Assembly (NCBI GenBank): GCA_958009085.1
Contig: OY253677.1
Location: 372,001-436,000, forward strand
Direction of reading: 5' to 3'
DNA: 64,000 bases
Source of the DNA: Protoeuglena noctilucae
Taxonomy: Eukaryota
The notes beneath the pieces are model-generated. The model did no database searches. It was given only the letters and a program-made list of their open reading frames with translations, and had not been told where the DNA came from. Positions 36,449 through 50,300 of this stretch are shown in pieces (position 1 is the stretch's first letter; the number at the start of each line of letters is the position of its first letter). The translations under genes were made by a program, and so were the position numbers.

Positions 36449-39400
36449 ATGTCTGCTGCGCCCGTGTGCCGGACCAAGGCGCCGCACTGGATGAGCCCGT
36501 GGGCGTACAATGCGTCGCTGACGCCGCTGCAGACCAAGGAGGCGTTCCACACGCCGCGGGAGCACATGGACGACCAGGCCTCTCCGCACACGGGGCTCTT
36601 GAGCGTCTGGGTCTGGTACCTGCTCGGCCCGACGGCCGCCTGGGCCCTCCAGGCTTCGCGGGAGGTGGGCCCCACGCTGGGTCGGTGCGACAAGCCCCAC
36701 ATGGTCGACGCCGTCATGGAGGACGGCAAGCTCGTGGACGTGGTCATCAAGGAGTCGACGCAGGTGCGCTGCGGCGGGACGATGCCGCCGACGGGGCGAG
36801 GAATGCTGCAAGGGGTCACGGCGCAGTCTTCGATTGCCGCGCCTCTGTTAGGCACATGCCTCCCTCAACCCACCCCATCCCTCTCTGCACTCTGAGCGCC
36901 CCATCCGTGCATCCCAGCACATGCTTCCATCGACCCACCCATCCCATCCCTCACTCCACCCCAGGACCCCGACGAGCGCGCCCGCCTGCGCCACAAGGCC
37001 CGCGCCATGGCGACCGAGATGGCCGCCCACCTCCAGCTGTGGATGCACCGCGTGTGGGGCTACCTCCTCACCAAGGTCTTCCACGTCTTGCTCGCCGGGG
37101 AGGTCTACGCCAGCCCCCACAAACTCGACAAGGTGCGAGGAGTTCGTTCCGTCGCCACCATGGATGGTGATATCATCCATGCAAGGTGTAGTATATTCCC
37201 CCGGCACTCCTGTCGCTCTACTGACCCCACCCCTCACCCCTTGCCATCCACCCCAGCTCCGTGACATGGAGCGCTCCCACACGCTCGTCTACGTCCCCAC
37301 CCACAAGTCCTACTTCGACTTCATGGTGTTGCCCTACGCCCTCTTCGCCTGGGGCCTCAAGGTGCCCCACACCGTCTCCGGGCAGAACCTGCGCATCCCG
37401 GGCGTGCAGTTCATCATGTCGCGCAATGGAGCCTTCTACATCCGGCGCACCATGAAGGGCTTCACGGACGGGGCGGTCTACAAGGCCGTCCTGCAGCAGT
37501 ACGTGAGGGAGATCCTATTAAGGTGCCTCTCCTTCTGCGTGTACGCCGAGGGGGGTCGCTCCCGAGACGGCCGCGTCCAGGCCATCAAGATGGGGCTGCT
37601 GGCGTACCTCATCGACGCCACCCTCGACGCCGGACTGCCGCAGCCACTCGCCTTCGTGCCGTGCGCCATCAGGTGAGAGAATGGGGCGGTGCTGGGTGGG
37701 GCAGGACAGGACGTGTACCAGCTGGCTACCTAGAGCGGGGCTCTTTGCATTACGCACGTCACCCCACACGTCACGTCACGATCGCCGCCCTGCGTCACCA
37801 AACGCGCTCCCCTGCCCCCCTCGCAGCTACGACCGCGCTCCGGAGGAGGTGACGATGATGAAGGAGCTGACAGGGAAGCCGAAGAGGAAGGAGACCTTCT
37901 GGGCTCTGCTCTGGAGCACGTTGATGCTCCTCGTCGCGGCGCTCCTGCCCTCAGGTGCGGCACGGGCAGCGCAGGGGCCCCTCCACGCTAGCATGTATCC
38001 GCATCGGGCCCCACGATGATCATAAGCGAACTGTTAGGATGGTTGCTGGGTACCCCAGCATCTCGCTCGACTCCCTTACTCCCCTCGTCCCTGGCTCAGG
38101 CATCCGCCCCACGGTGGGCGGCCGTTGCGGCCGTGGGTACGTGTCAATGGCGGACCCCATTGTGCTGGACTCTGTGGTGGCCGACGCATGCGACGCAGCC
38201 GTGGCCAAGGGCGACCTGCCCTCCCTCGACTTCGACGTGCGAGCGGTGCCGGACGCTGTGCGGGCACTGCGGGGTGAGGGGCGGGAAGGGCGTGGCGTGT
38301 GCACGCAACAACCCGAACACCGAGGCATTGCGTGTTGGGCACAGGGTCTAGCGAATGCGGAATGCGGGTGTCGCGGGCATGCCATCAAAACATGTGCAGT
38401 GCACACTCCTCTCCCCATCTGTCCCCATCCTTTCAAGCACCCCATGCCCCTCCGACCCCAGGCCAGCCGTCGTCGATGACCCGTGATGCAGCCATGTCCC
38501 TGGCGTCCTCCCTCCTTCCCCATGGGTCCACGGCGCGCAAGAACCTCGTTTCAGCGATGGCCAGGGCCATCCAGCCGCGCCTCGTCAAGGCCCACGTGGT
38601 CCCCAACTCAGCCGTCGTTTCTGGCGCCATGCTGGCGGCGGCGTGCGGGCTGCTGGGGGCGCGCGCGGGGTCAGCGGGGAGGGCCGAGGGGAACGGGAGC
38701 AACGCGAGCGCTCCTGGGGGCGGCGAGGGGATTGGGGCGGGGCGGGGAGGCGGTGACGAGGGCAGTGCGTGCGCGGCGGGGGAGGGCGCAGGGGCGCTGG
38801 TGGCGGGGGTGGGGGTGGCGGAGATTGGCCGGGCGTGTCGCGCCTTGGAGGGGGAGCTGCGGGCGCGGGGGGTGCTGTTCACATCGCTGCCTGAGACGTG
38901 CGGTAAGGGCTGTGGACGTACAAGCTGTTGATGTAAGAGGACCATGCATGAGTCACTGCATGGGTCACTTGCGTGATAGTGCTGTTAACAACGCTGTTAG
39001 CCATCCACTCTGCCCCCCCGTGTGTCTGCGCAGGCAAGTCTGGCACCCAGGACCCCACCACGATCCTGGAGCACGCCAAAGTGGTGCCGAGCATGCTAGA
39101 GGCGGTGCCGCCGCCCTCTGCGCCGCCCTCGCCTCCCAAGAACAGCGACGGGAGTTCGGGATCTGCGCCAGCGCAACCAGCGGCATCACCGGCGCCCGTG
39201 GGGTGGCTGAGAGTGCGGGGCACGGCGGAGTCGTGGCTGCATCTGCAGTACAGGCTCAACCAGCTGCTGCCTGCCTTTGCAAAAGAGGGCCTGGTGGCAG
39301 CGGCGGCGGCGCGGGCGGCCGCTGGGGCGAAGGACGGGGCGGTGGCAGTGGGGGAGGTGGCGGCGGGGGCGGTGGAGCTGCTGGCGCTGCTGCGGAGGGA

Positions 39401-40557
39401 GCTGGACGGGTCGGCGTTGGCGCCCGAGGAGATGGGGACGGAGGCGGAGGCGCGGGAGGTGGTGGAGGGCATGGTGGCATCGGGGGCGCTGGAGAGGGTC
39501 GGGGGTGGGCGGGTGCGGCTGGCGGCGTCCGGGGCGGCCCGGGACGCGGCACTGCTGGGGGCGGCGCTGCTGGCGCCCGCGATCAACACGTACCTGGCGG
39601 CACTGGACGCCGGGGTGTGCGAGCTGCGTCGGCAGGGGCGGCTGTCCGAGCGGCGCCTCCTGCAGCACATGCAGGGCACGGTCATCGCGCGGTCCTGCGG
39701 TGAGCTGCTTTGGGATGCTGGAGCCGCGGGGGCTCTCGTGACGTTACGAAGCATGCTTCGCTACTGTGACTAACCCAACCAGCCTTATGCAGCCTGCCGC
39801 CCTGCACGGTCCTCTGCTAGTACTACTGCGGACCCTTTGCAGCCCAACGCAGCCCACCACACCACAGCCCCTCTTTAGCACTTTACCTTTCTCAGAAAGG
39901 TAGAGGACATGCTCGCTCACCGCTTCTCACCGCTCCTCACCTCCTTCTCCCGCCACAGTGACCGAGGCCCCCCCTGAGGACGTTGCCACGCTGCCCGGCC
40001 CCTTCCTGGTGCCCTCCGTGGTGGTCGTGTCCAACGCCCTGGATGCTTTCAAGCACTTGGGAATCTTCACCGCCGAGGACCCCTCGGATTCGGAGGCAAG
40101 CGACTCCCCAGCAGCCACGCCCCTGTCCGGCCAAGATGGGGGGGCAAAGGTTGACGGGGGCGAGCGGGGGCGCGACAGCGAGGTGGTGCAGATGCCCAGA
40201 GTCGAGTCGAGCGTCAACCTGACGTGGTCGGTGTTCGGGCACCACGGCAGGGGAGGCGGGCTGCGGCGGGGGCGGGGGGCCGAGGGCGACGGGGCACGGA
40301 GGGGCAGTGCCATGGAGGCGGTGCCTGAGGGGGAGGACGGCAGCGCGGAGGGGGCGGAGGAGAAGGAGAGGGGACCGAAGGCGGACGGGGGCGCGTCGGG
40401 GGCGGCGGGGAAGTTCGCCAGCACGGGGGGCTTGCGCGTGGGGGGCAGCGAGGAGGCGGTGGTGCTGGGGACGCAATTTCAGGCACCGGACGAGGCGCAG
40501 CGGGTGTTTGACGCGACGGCGGCGTTCGTCAGCGCCGCCATGGGCGCACGGGGGTGA
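36449..40557 (+). CDS. Glycerol-3-phosphate / dihydroxyacetone-phosphate acyltransferase (PlsB/GPAM/GNPAT family), about 8 exons
   Basis: Acyltransferase blocks PTHKSYFDF (HX4D), GAFYIRR, YAEGGRSRDG and FVPCAISYD, followed by KELTGKPKRKET. Confidence 0.88.
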
Positions 40558-41343
40558 CGGGAGCTGGTGGGGATGGAGTGGCGGGGTGGTATGTGTGCTT
40601 TTCCCCCCAGCGCGTGCTGACGAGCGTTTTTGGGCGGGGTAGCCTGAACCGGGTCTGCAGCCTGATGGGGCCTTGCAGTCGTTCTCTTTCCTGGCAGTCG
40701 CCACTCGCTCAGGCACCCTCGCCACGCTTGGCCCCATCGTTCCCGGATGCACCCTGTCGATCCCAGCCCACGCTCCTCTCTCCGTGTTTTCCTACATCCA
40801 CTCGTGCTCAGACCCGTCGACGTTGTCCCTTCGCAATTGATGCCGCTCACTGTGCCATGCCTTCTCTCATCCCACGCCCATGCCTCATGCCATGGTGCCT
40901 TTCCGCGTAACCCTCACGGCGCCTCGTGCGTGCGCCGGCCCTGTTGCGTCACAGCGGCCGATTTTTGAGAGCCACCGCGGGCGAAGCACACCGCAACATA
41001 ACGCAACATGTTGGGTCAGTGCTCGCGGCTCATCGGCACGCCACGTCTCTTGCCCCGTCAGCCCACCACTTCCCAAGCGATGCCGTAGTGGCAGCTTTCC
41101 GCGCGCTGCTCCAGTATTGAATCTCGAGTCACGAGTCAAGAGAAACCTCTTTTCTAGTGTCTACTTTTCCCCATCCTTGAGCGCAACAGTGGATAAGGTC
41201 ACCTAGAGAGCAACGACTACAGGTGGTGTCGGAAAAAGGACGCCTGGAGGCAAGGCTAAGAACCTCTAATGCCACTTGGGCGACTACGAGTGCAAAATCT
41301 AACTTGGTTGGCAAAAACCCGACTTCCCTCTTCGGAAACACTC

Positions 41344-44300
41344 TCAGAGCACGGCCAGGAAAAGGAAAGCAGCTAGGGTTGCATTGCTCGCCGCAATCAC
41401 AACTGAACTTGACTGTTTCGTCGGCACAGGCGTGGACGGAGTGGATCCAGGGACTGAAGAGGGTGCGGAAGTGGTGCTGGTTGCAGCGGACGCCACCACG
41501 GATGGGACTGCGATCTGGTAGAGTGCGGAGGTGGAGTCGGCCGCCGCGGCGATGAGGGCCGATTGGATGTCCGTGGCCAGTGCCGAGCCGGTCCCGACTG
41601 CCGTCACCAGTGCCTGGGCTGCTGTGTCGGTGGCAGCAGCCACAGCAACGTTGAGGTTCACCGCCACCTGTGAATAGGAATGGACATCAGGATATGGGAA
41701 TGCAGCTCTTCACGACCAAGCACTTTTTGCAAAAAGCGCATGCAAGCACTTTCAGCGAGCAGCAGCACTCACGTCGAGGAGGGCACGGCGCGACGTGGAA
41801 GCCGTGACGACGACCGACGAGGTCGGCACGCCCAGCTTGGCGGCTACGGTGCTTTGGACCTGGGCCTCGATAGCAGCCAGCACGATGCTCGAGGGCTGGG
41901 TCCTGAACGAGAGCGTGACCGTGAACTTGGCCTGGGGAGTGCCCGAGGCGATGGGCGTGGGGCTCGGGAAGAGGTCGTTGATGACGATGTTCATCGAGAA
42001 CACGTCCGAGGTCTGGTAGCCCGAGCCCGCCGTCTTGGGGCTGCACGACAGCACCAGCGTTGTGGCTGAGCCGGTGACGCTGGGCATGGCCGACAGGTAC
42101 ACGGCCGTGGAGGACGTGGTGACGGCGATGTCGGGCGTGGTGGCCGTGGAGGACGCCAGGACCGAGCCGGTGTAGGCGGGGGAGTTCTTTTCGTTGGTCA
42201 GCGTGCAGTGGACCGTGACGGCCTGGTTGAGGGCCTGCAGGTTGATGAGGTCGCCTGCCGCATACTGCGTCAGCTCGATGGCCTGGATGGACGTGACCTG
42301 GGAGCCAGCCGTGAGCGCCTTGCCCTTGGAGTCGGTGACAATGGCCTTGGTGCCCGTCACGAACACCACCGTCTGGTTCCGCACATAGACGTCGAACTTG
42401 GCCGTCTCGGTCGTGTACCCGCCGGCCGACGACGAAGGCGTGCATGGGTAGGTCACCGTCTTGTCGGCGCTGATGGTCAGCGAGGTCGGGATGGTGACGC
42501 TGACGGCGCTGCCGCCCACCAGGTTGCTAGTCGTGGACATGGAGAGGGCTGATGTGATGTTGGGCAACGTGGCAGTGTCGCTCGATGTGCACGTCACAGA
42601 GACGGAGGCCGTCGGGGGGACCGTCGTGTAGAGCTTGACCAGGGCACCGGACGTGCTGCTCTGGAGCTCAAATACGGCCGGCGTGAGCGAGGCCGAGCCC
42701 GAGGCCAGGAGGGTTCCGCTGGCGACCGACGTGCCGCTGGCCGTCGTGGCCGATGAGCCGGCCACGGCCACGAGGGCGCGAGCGAGGACCACGACGTTGA
42801 ACTCGACGCTCTCAGTGCCCTTGTAGGGCGCGGAAGCGCACACCACCGAGCACGTGTAGGTCACGGTCGTGTTCTTGGTCACGGCCGCGGGGTTGCGCAG
42901 AGACAGGGCCGCGCCGGCGTTCAAGAGGCCCGAGACGGTGACGTCCGTCATCACGGCCGTGTTGCTGGACGCGCAATAGACGTCCACGGCCACCTCTTTG
43001 TTGGTCGAGTCCAGGGCGGGCGTCTTGGTCATCAGCTTGACCGCGTCGCCGCTGCCAGCGTACATGATGAGCAGCGGCGCCAGGGGTGCGGTGGTCGTGC
43101 GGCCAATGTTGGTGCCGGCCGTGATGGACAGGAGCGTCGAGCTGTCGAGCGAAGACGAGCCCGCCAAGGCCATCAGGCCGTAGTAGTATATGTAGATGTT
43201 GAACGTGACCACATCAATCGTGCTCAGGCCGCCAGCCGTAGTTGTCGGGGCGCACAAGTAGGTCACAATGTAGTCACCACTCAGGGACCCCTTGGGCGTG
43301 GGGATCTGTATTTTGACCGGCGTGGTGCCTGAAACGGAAAGGCCCGTGATGTCGGCCAGCACCGTTGAGGCGCTGCTCATACAGCCGAACGCGACCGTGG
43401 CGGTGGCCGTGGCGTTCAGGCTGATGGTCGCGACGGCACCCGAAGTCGTCGACTGGCCATACATGATGGCGGGCGTGATGGCGAGCGAACCGCCACCCGA
43501 GATGTCCGTGCCGGAGGCAAGCGCCAGGTTGGTGTCCGCGCGGAGGGCGGAAGAACCGGCCTTGATGGTGGGCTTGAGGGCCACGACCTTGATGTCAAAG
43601 AAGACCGTCCCTGTCACCGTCGTTTTGGCCACAGCTGGGGTCGTCGGGGCAGGGATGGCTGCGGAAGTGGACGTCCTCGTTGGAGTGGATGTAGGCGCGG
43701 GCGTCGAGCTTGGCGTGGTGCCAAACGGGGTCCCGGAGGGCGCGGGCGGAGCTACGGAGCCGGGGGTGCACGTGTAGGTCACGGTGGTGTCAGCAAAGAC
43801 GGATGAGGCCACCGGGATCGTGATGGGCACGGCGGTGGCGGTCGAAAGGGACACGTTGTTGATGTCAGCGAGCACGGTCGAGTCGCTCGATTTGCACGAA
43901 TAGGTCGTTGCCTTTTGGGGGGCCGCCGTGGCCTGCAGGGCCACGATGGTGCTGGAGGCCGCCGCGCCCTCGTACACGACAGGCGTGCGCGAGGCGATGC
44001 CCGAGCCGAGGATGGAGCCGCCGGCAGTGAGAGTCGTGGTCCCGTCGGCGGCCATGCCCGCAGCCGAGCCCGCCACGACCTGGGCGGTGGGGTTGGAGAC
44101 GAACACGTCAAAGGTGACGCTCACGGTGGTCGCGAAGCCCCCAGACGCGGCGCTGGGTGCGCACGTGAAGGTGACGAGCGTGCCCGCCGAGACGACCGCG
44201 GGAGTGGGGAGGACCAGGTTGACGGCGGCGGTCGTCGAGACGGAGGTGGCTGCCACGTTTCCGATGACGGTCTTGTTGCTCGACGTGCACACGTAGCTGA

Positions 44301-47300
44301 CGGCAGCAGTGGGGGCCACATTAGCCTTGAGTGCGACCGTGGAGCCCGCAGCATAGGTGAAGCCCGCGTAGAGCTGCACCGTCTTGGCCAGGGACCCACC
44401 GCCGCTGATCTTGGTGGACGTGGAGAGCCCCGTGTGGCCGTCCGCGGCCGTGAGCGCCACGCTGGGGTAGACGTCGACCATGCGGGGCACGACCGTCACG
44501 TCGAACGTGAACGAGTCGGCCGTGGTGAGGCCGCTCGCGTTGGCCGTAGGGGCGCACGTGAAGGTGACCGTGGTGGCCGTCGAGACGTCGCCAGCAGCGC
44601 CGAAGGTGAGGCCCACGGCGGTGGTGGACGACACGCTGGCCGTTTCGTCCGCGAGGGTCTTGCTGTCGAAGGACATGCACTTGTAGGTCACGGCGTCCGA
44701 GAGAGTGCCGTTGGCCACCAGCTGGACGAGGGCGCCGGCAGCGGGGGTCACGGTCGTCACGATCGAGGGCGTCTTGGCAGCGTTGCCCGAGGCCAGGGCA
44801 GTGCCCTGCGCCAGCATGGCGCCGGCGGCCGTGGTCGCAGCCGTGCCGGCCTGGGCAGACACCGCCAGGGGCACGACCGTCACGTCGAAGGTGGACGTGT
44901 CGGAGGTCGTCACGCCGCCCGCAGCGGCCGTGGGCGCGCACGTGTAGGTCACCGTCGTTGCCTTGTCGATCTGGCCGCTCTGGGGCAGGCCCACCGATAC
45001 GGCCATGGTGCTGTTGACCTGGACCGACGACACGCTGCCGAGCACGGATGTGTTGGAGGACATGCACGAGTAGGTGATGGTCGCCGTCGGTGTAGAGTTG
45101 GCCTGCAGCGCCACCACATTGGAGATGCTGCTCGCCGCCGCCAACTCGATGATCTGCGGGGTGGCCGATGCCTTGCCCGACACCAGCATGGTGCTGGTCG
45201 TCATGGCCGTCTTGCCATCCGCGGCCGTCTGGGCGGTACCGCTGTAGGCCGCGACCACGATCGCCTTGACGTGGACCGTGAAGGCCACGCTCTCGGACGT
45301 CGTCAGGCCACCCGCGCTGGCCTTGGGGGTGCACGTGACGATGACGTCCGTGTCCGCGTTGATGGAGCCCGGGATCGGCAGCGTGATGGCCGCCTTGGTC
45401 GACGACAACGTGACATCCGAGATGGTCCCGATCACGCTCGAGTTGTTGCTCGAGCAGGCATACATGACCGACACGCTGGCCCCATTGTTGGCCGGCGTCG
45501 TGTTGGCCAGCAGCTCGACGGTCGTGCCAAGGCCAGTGGACTGGCCCTCATAGAGAACAAAGGACTTGCTCGAGGGCAGGGCCGTGTCCGCAGCCAGGGT
45601 CGTGCCGTCGCTGAGGGTCTGCGAGGAGGCTGCGGCTGCTCCAACGCGGATGGCCACCACGTTGATCCAGAACATGACCGAGTCCGTAGTCGACAGGTTT
45701 CCGAACGCTGCGGTGGGCGCGCACGTGTAATTGATCTGCACGTTGGCTGTGCCCATGTTGGTTGGGGCGGGGAGTGTGATGGCGTTTGCATTTGTGTCGT
45801 TGGTGATGGACACAGAGTCGATGTTAGGCATGATATTCGTGTTGTTGGACGTGCACTTGACCGCGCCCGTCCCACCCGGTGCCACGTTCTGCTGCAGCTT
45901 TACCTTAAAGCTATCAAAGCCTGCGCCCTCGAAGACCTGCATAGCTAGCGCAGCGTTGAATGCCCTGCTTGTCAGGTCAGTAGATCTGCTGCCGAAGGCC
46001 GTCCCGTTGCCGTTCAGAACAGTGGCAAAGGCGGGCACTGGCATCAGCTTGGCGCACATGACATGCACATCGAACTTGACCGTGTAGTTGGACGGGGCCG
46101 TGCCCGTGAAGACGAACCCGCCGCCGCTGGTGGGCGAGCAAGTGTAGGTGACAGTGGTGTCGGCCGAGATGCCCGTCACCGCCGGGATCGTGAGGGTTGT
46201 CACGCTCGTGTCCGTGATGTTGAAGGCCGCCACGGCAGGGGCGATCGTCGTGTTGCTCGAGCTGCAGGAGAAGGACACAGTGCCGGCAGGGGCGTAGTTG
46301 AGCTGGAGGCCGATCTGGCCGGTCGACGAAGACCCCTCGTACAGCACGGGCGTCATGGACGTGGAGCCGGTCGTCGAGTAGCTAATGGAAGTGCCCGAGG
46401 CGATCGCGGTGCCGTCCGACTGGCGCGTCAGTGTGGATGCGCTGACCACCGCAGAGACGGAGCGCGGCATGATCGTGACCTGGAAGCTCACGGCCTGGCC
46501 CGCCAACACGCCCGTCGGCGCGGGCATGGACGCAACCGTGCACGTTACGGTGACCGGAGCAGCCGCACTGGTTGTACTAGGAGCAGGAAAGTCAATGGAT
46601 GCTGTGGTAGCGCCACTGACCGTCACGGTGGCGGGACTGGCCAGGACCGAGGGCATGTCAGTTGTGCACAAGATGGTGGCCGTGGCCGAGTTGCCAAATT
46701 GGAGCGTGGCAACAGCGCCAGAAGCCGTGTCCTCGCCCTCAAAGATGCGGGGCCTGAGGCACGTGGAGGTACTCAGGACGGTGCCCGCCATGATCTGGGC
46801 TGTCGGCCTCGTGCTGCGGTAGGCAGCAGAGCCCGCGACCGCCTGCATCTGAGGCGTCACGTCGACGATGAAAGCCGTCTTGATGTTGGACCAGCTGCTG
46901 TCACCGCTGGGAACGGTGCACTTGACGTAGATCTTGGTCTGCGTCGTCACGTTCTGGATCGTGATGGTCGTGGCCGTCCCGAAGATGCCGTGCGCGGCGA
47001 TGTTGTTGGCGGTCGACCCGCTCGTGTTGGCAGTCGTGGCAAACGTAAACGTGTCCGAGGTCGTCCCGCTCACCGTAAAGGCCCTCGAGGCTTTGGAGGA
47101 GAAGGCGGCATCGCTGTACGCTGTGCAGGATACAATGCTGCCCGCTGTTAGAGGAGTGTTGGCAGCTCCGTTCTGGAACTTGAGCGTCACCGAGTCCCCG
47201 CCGACCTGGGACGCAGTACCGAAGGCCGTGCTGATCATCGGGTTGTTGGGGGCCCAGACGGACGTGGTGTTGCCGCTGACCTTGAGGAGGACGATGTCGC

Positions 47301-50300
47301 CGTCCGCCACAGACGGGTAGGCTGTGCCGAGGGTCAGGTTCTGCCCCATCGTGGCTCCGGAGGTGCCGAACGACTTGGTGTAGTCGGTCGAGGTGGCGGA
47401 GTCGGGGAGGTTGATCGTGTTGCCGCTCGTGCACGTGACGCTGATGGAGGCACCCGCGTTGTCGCCGTTGAGCTTCACAGCGAACAGGTAGCCCGCGGTG
47501 GGCGCGAGGTACTCCTTGTCAACGACCTTGACCGTGCTAGGCACGATGGTGCTCGAGCTGAGGGAGCTCCCGCTCGTCAGGGACGTGTTGGACCCGGCCA
47601 CAATCAGGATTTGCATGGGCTGGATGACAATGGTGACAGAGAAGCCGTCCGTGGTCAGCAGGTGGTTGGCCGCCGTCGTGACCTTGCACGTCAGCGTGAT
47701 GGTCTTCGAGGTCGTAATGGAGTTCGGGGTGTTGAGGGTCATGTTGACGGCAGTCGTGTCCGTCACGGCAGCCGCCGTGGGGGTCGCGCTGAAGTCGCTC
47801 GTCCCCGACTCGGTGCAGGTCAGCGCGTTGGCGCCACCCGAGTTGCCGTTCAACGCAACCTTAAGCACCGTTCCACCCACGTCAGCCTGACCCTCCACCA
47901 CGACCACCTGGCCGAGGGAGCTGCTGCCGATCGTCGACACGATGGCCGTGTTCGCGCCATACGCCGTCAGGTTGCCCGTGCTGTCGACAGACTTGTACGC
48001 GGCCGACTGGGCATACACCACAAAGGCCAGCGGCTGGAGCGTGATATTGAGCTGGAAGCCGTCGGACGTGGTCAGGTGGTTGCCAGCCGTAGTTACCCTG
48101 CATGTCAGCGTGATGCTGACGGGGGAGCTCAGGTCTGCGACCGTCTTCATGTCCATTGCAACCTGGGTCGTGTCGGTGACGTTCGCAACCGTGGGCACAG
48201 TGCTGCTTGCGAAGCTGGAGGCAGTGGCCGTTGTGCACGTGAGGGCGTTGGCGCCCCCCGATGCACCATTCAGCGAGACCTTGATCGTGCTGCCCGCCGT
48301 GTCAGTCTGGCCCTCCAGCAGGTACACCGTGCCGTTGGACGCCCCGCCGATGGCAGCGGTGATGGCCGTGGCTGTGCCAAACGTGGTCAGCGCGTTGGTC
48401 GACGCCACGCCCTTGATGGCGCCCGACTGGGCCGTCACGATGAAGCCCAGCGGCTGCAGGGTGATATTCACACTGAAGCCGTCGCTCGTCGTCAGGTGGT
48501 TGCCCGCCACCGCCACCGTGCACGTCAGCGTGATGGTCTTGGCCGTGGACAGGTCGGCAACGGTCTTCATGTTGATGGCCACGTCGGTTGCGGTCGATAC
48601 GGGGGCCACCACCGGCAGCAGGCTGTTGGAGAAGTCGGTCGGGGTGGTGGTCGCGCACGACAGGAAGTTAGAGCCGCCCGAGTTGCCGTTCAGCTGCACC
48701 TGGAGGACGGAGCCGCCGGGGAAGTTGCCGACCGTAATGCCGCCGAGCGGACTTGAGAGAGCTGATGCCAGACCCAGGGAGACCGCGGCTGCGCTTGTCG
48801 AGCTGACCGTGTAGGTGATAACAGTCGACACGTACTGTGAGAAAGGCCATGTGAAGGTTATTTTGTCGCCGGCAACAAACGTGCCACCAAGGTACACAAT
48901 ATCCACGGCGGGACCTGGATGGCCTGCAAGCACAGCATTAGCATTCTTGCCAAAGCCTGTGCTGCCTGTCAACTGCGTCACAGTAACCATGTAATTTGGG
49001 AAAAATTTTGAAAGACCAACGGGAAATTCTGTATTTCCATCTGACGCCGTGATGGTGAAGGCGTTCGTCGTGCTGAGCGTGGCTGAGCCGTTGAGCACCT
49101 CAGAGAGCAAGGAGGCGAGGACGCTCGCAATAGTGGTGGTCGTCGGCACGGCCTGGGCATTAAGCGTCAGAGTAATCTCCACATTCCCTTGGGTCACTGC
49201 GATGACGTTGCCTCCCGCAGGTGTCCCGCCGATGGTGATTGTGTCGATCTGCTTCGTCCCCGACGAGTTGGCCGTCCTCGTGGCCTGGGCAGCCGTCGCC
49301 CCACCCCCCGTGGTAGTGACCGTATAGGTCGGCAGCGCTGTGCCGGCCGTTGTGGCGGTGATGGTGACTACAGCCGCACTGCTGGAGATCGCGGCCCCAT
49401 CAAGCTGCGGGCCCAGCGCGGTCTTGAGCCCTGCAACGACCTGCCCCAGACTGGTCCCGTCCGTCGAGTTGACCGTATACTTCCACGACACGGCTGCCCC
49501 GGTATTACTGTCTTTGCCAGCTATCGTGATGGTGTCGGTCGCTTTGAACGTCCCGCCCAAAGCAATCCCGACAACCTGTGCCACCCCGATTCCGTCGACG
49601 ACCAAAGTAGCCATGCCCCCCATGGCGCTCGAACCGACACCGACTTGGTTAACGGCGACTGTGTAAGAGTCAATTGGCGACCCTGCCCCGGTGGCGTTGA
49701 GCAAAAGCACGTTGTCACTGGCAATGGTGACTCCACCCAAGGGAAACGCCAGCGCGGCCCCGACCCCCGCACCCACGTTGATGGAAGTAGTCCCGTCTGT
49801 TGAGTTCACCTTGTACGTCACAGAGGACGTCACGCTGGCACTCGGATTGAACTCCACAGCCACAGAGTCTTGATAAGCTGCCGAAAATGTACCACCCAGG
49901 ACCAAGAGATCCTGCTGGGCGCCAGTTGCACTCGCCACGTTCACCGTCTGCTTGGTGGCTGTGCCATTGGTCGAAGACACCGTCACCTTGTATGTAAACG
50001 GCGTGTTCACCGCGTTGGCCGACAGCACGATGATGGTGGCGTCGGCGGTCCCGGAGTCCACTTGGCCCTCCAGCAGGTACACCGTGCCGTTGGACGCCCC
50101 GCCGATGGCAGCGGTGATGGCCGTGGCTGTGCCAAACGTGGTCAGCGCGTTGGTCGACGCCACGCCCTGACTGACTGACTCTCTTCACAAGGCTCACAGC
50201 TAAGATCGCGGATCTACCTCTTGCCACTATCGCCCGGGGCCCTCGAGCAGTGGCTTCAGCCGCTTTGGCAGTGCCAGGGCCAGCAACTACCAACGCCAGG

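Noticed and set aside
17192..40557. GPDH plus acyltransferase as a glycerolipid gene cluster
   Set aside because: They are about 18 kb apart and separated by six unrelated genes, so this is likely chance.
43915..48756. Long plus-strand ORFs (677, 362 and 381 aa)
   Set aside because: These are antisense shadows of the giant repeat exon caused by biased codon usage.
41752..50163. 2803-aa ORF as an independent, possibly bacterial, gene
   Set aside because: It starts at a GTG inside the TSD with no signal peptide, is in frame with the upstream exon after removing the insert, and splices to a last exon at 41667.
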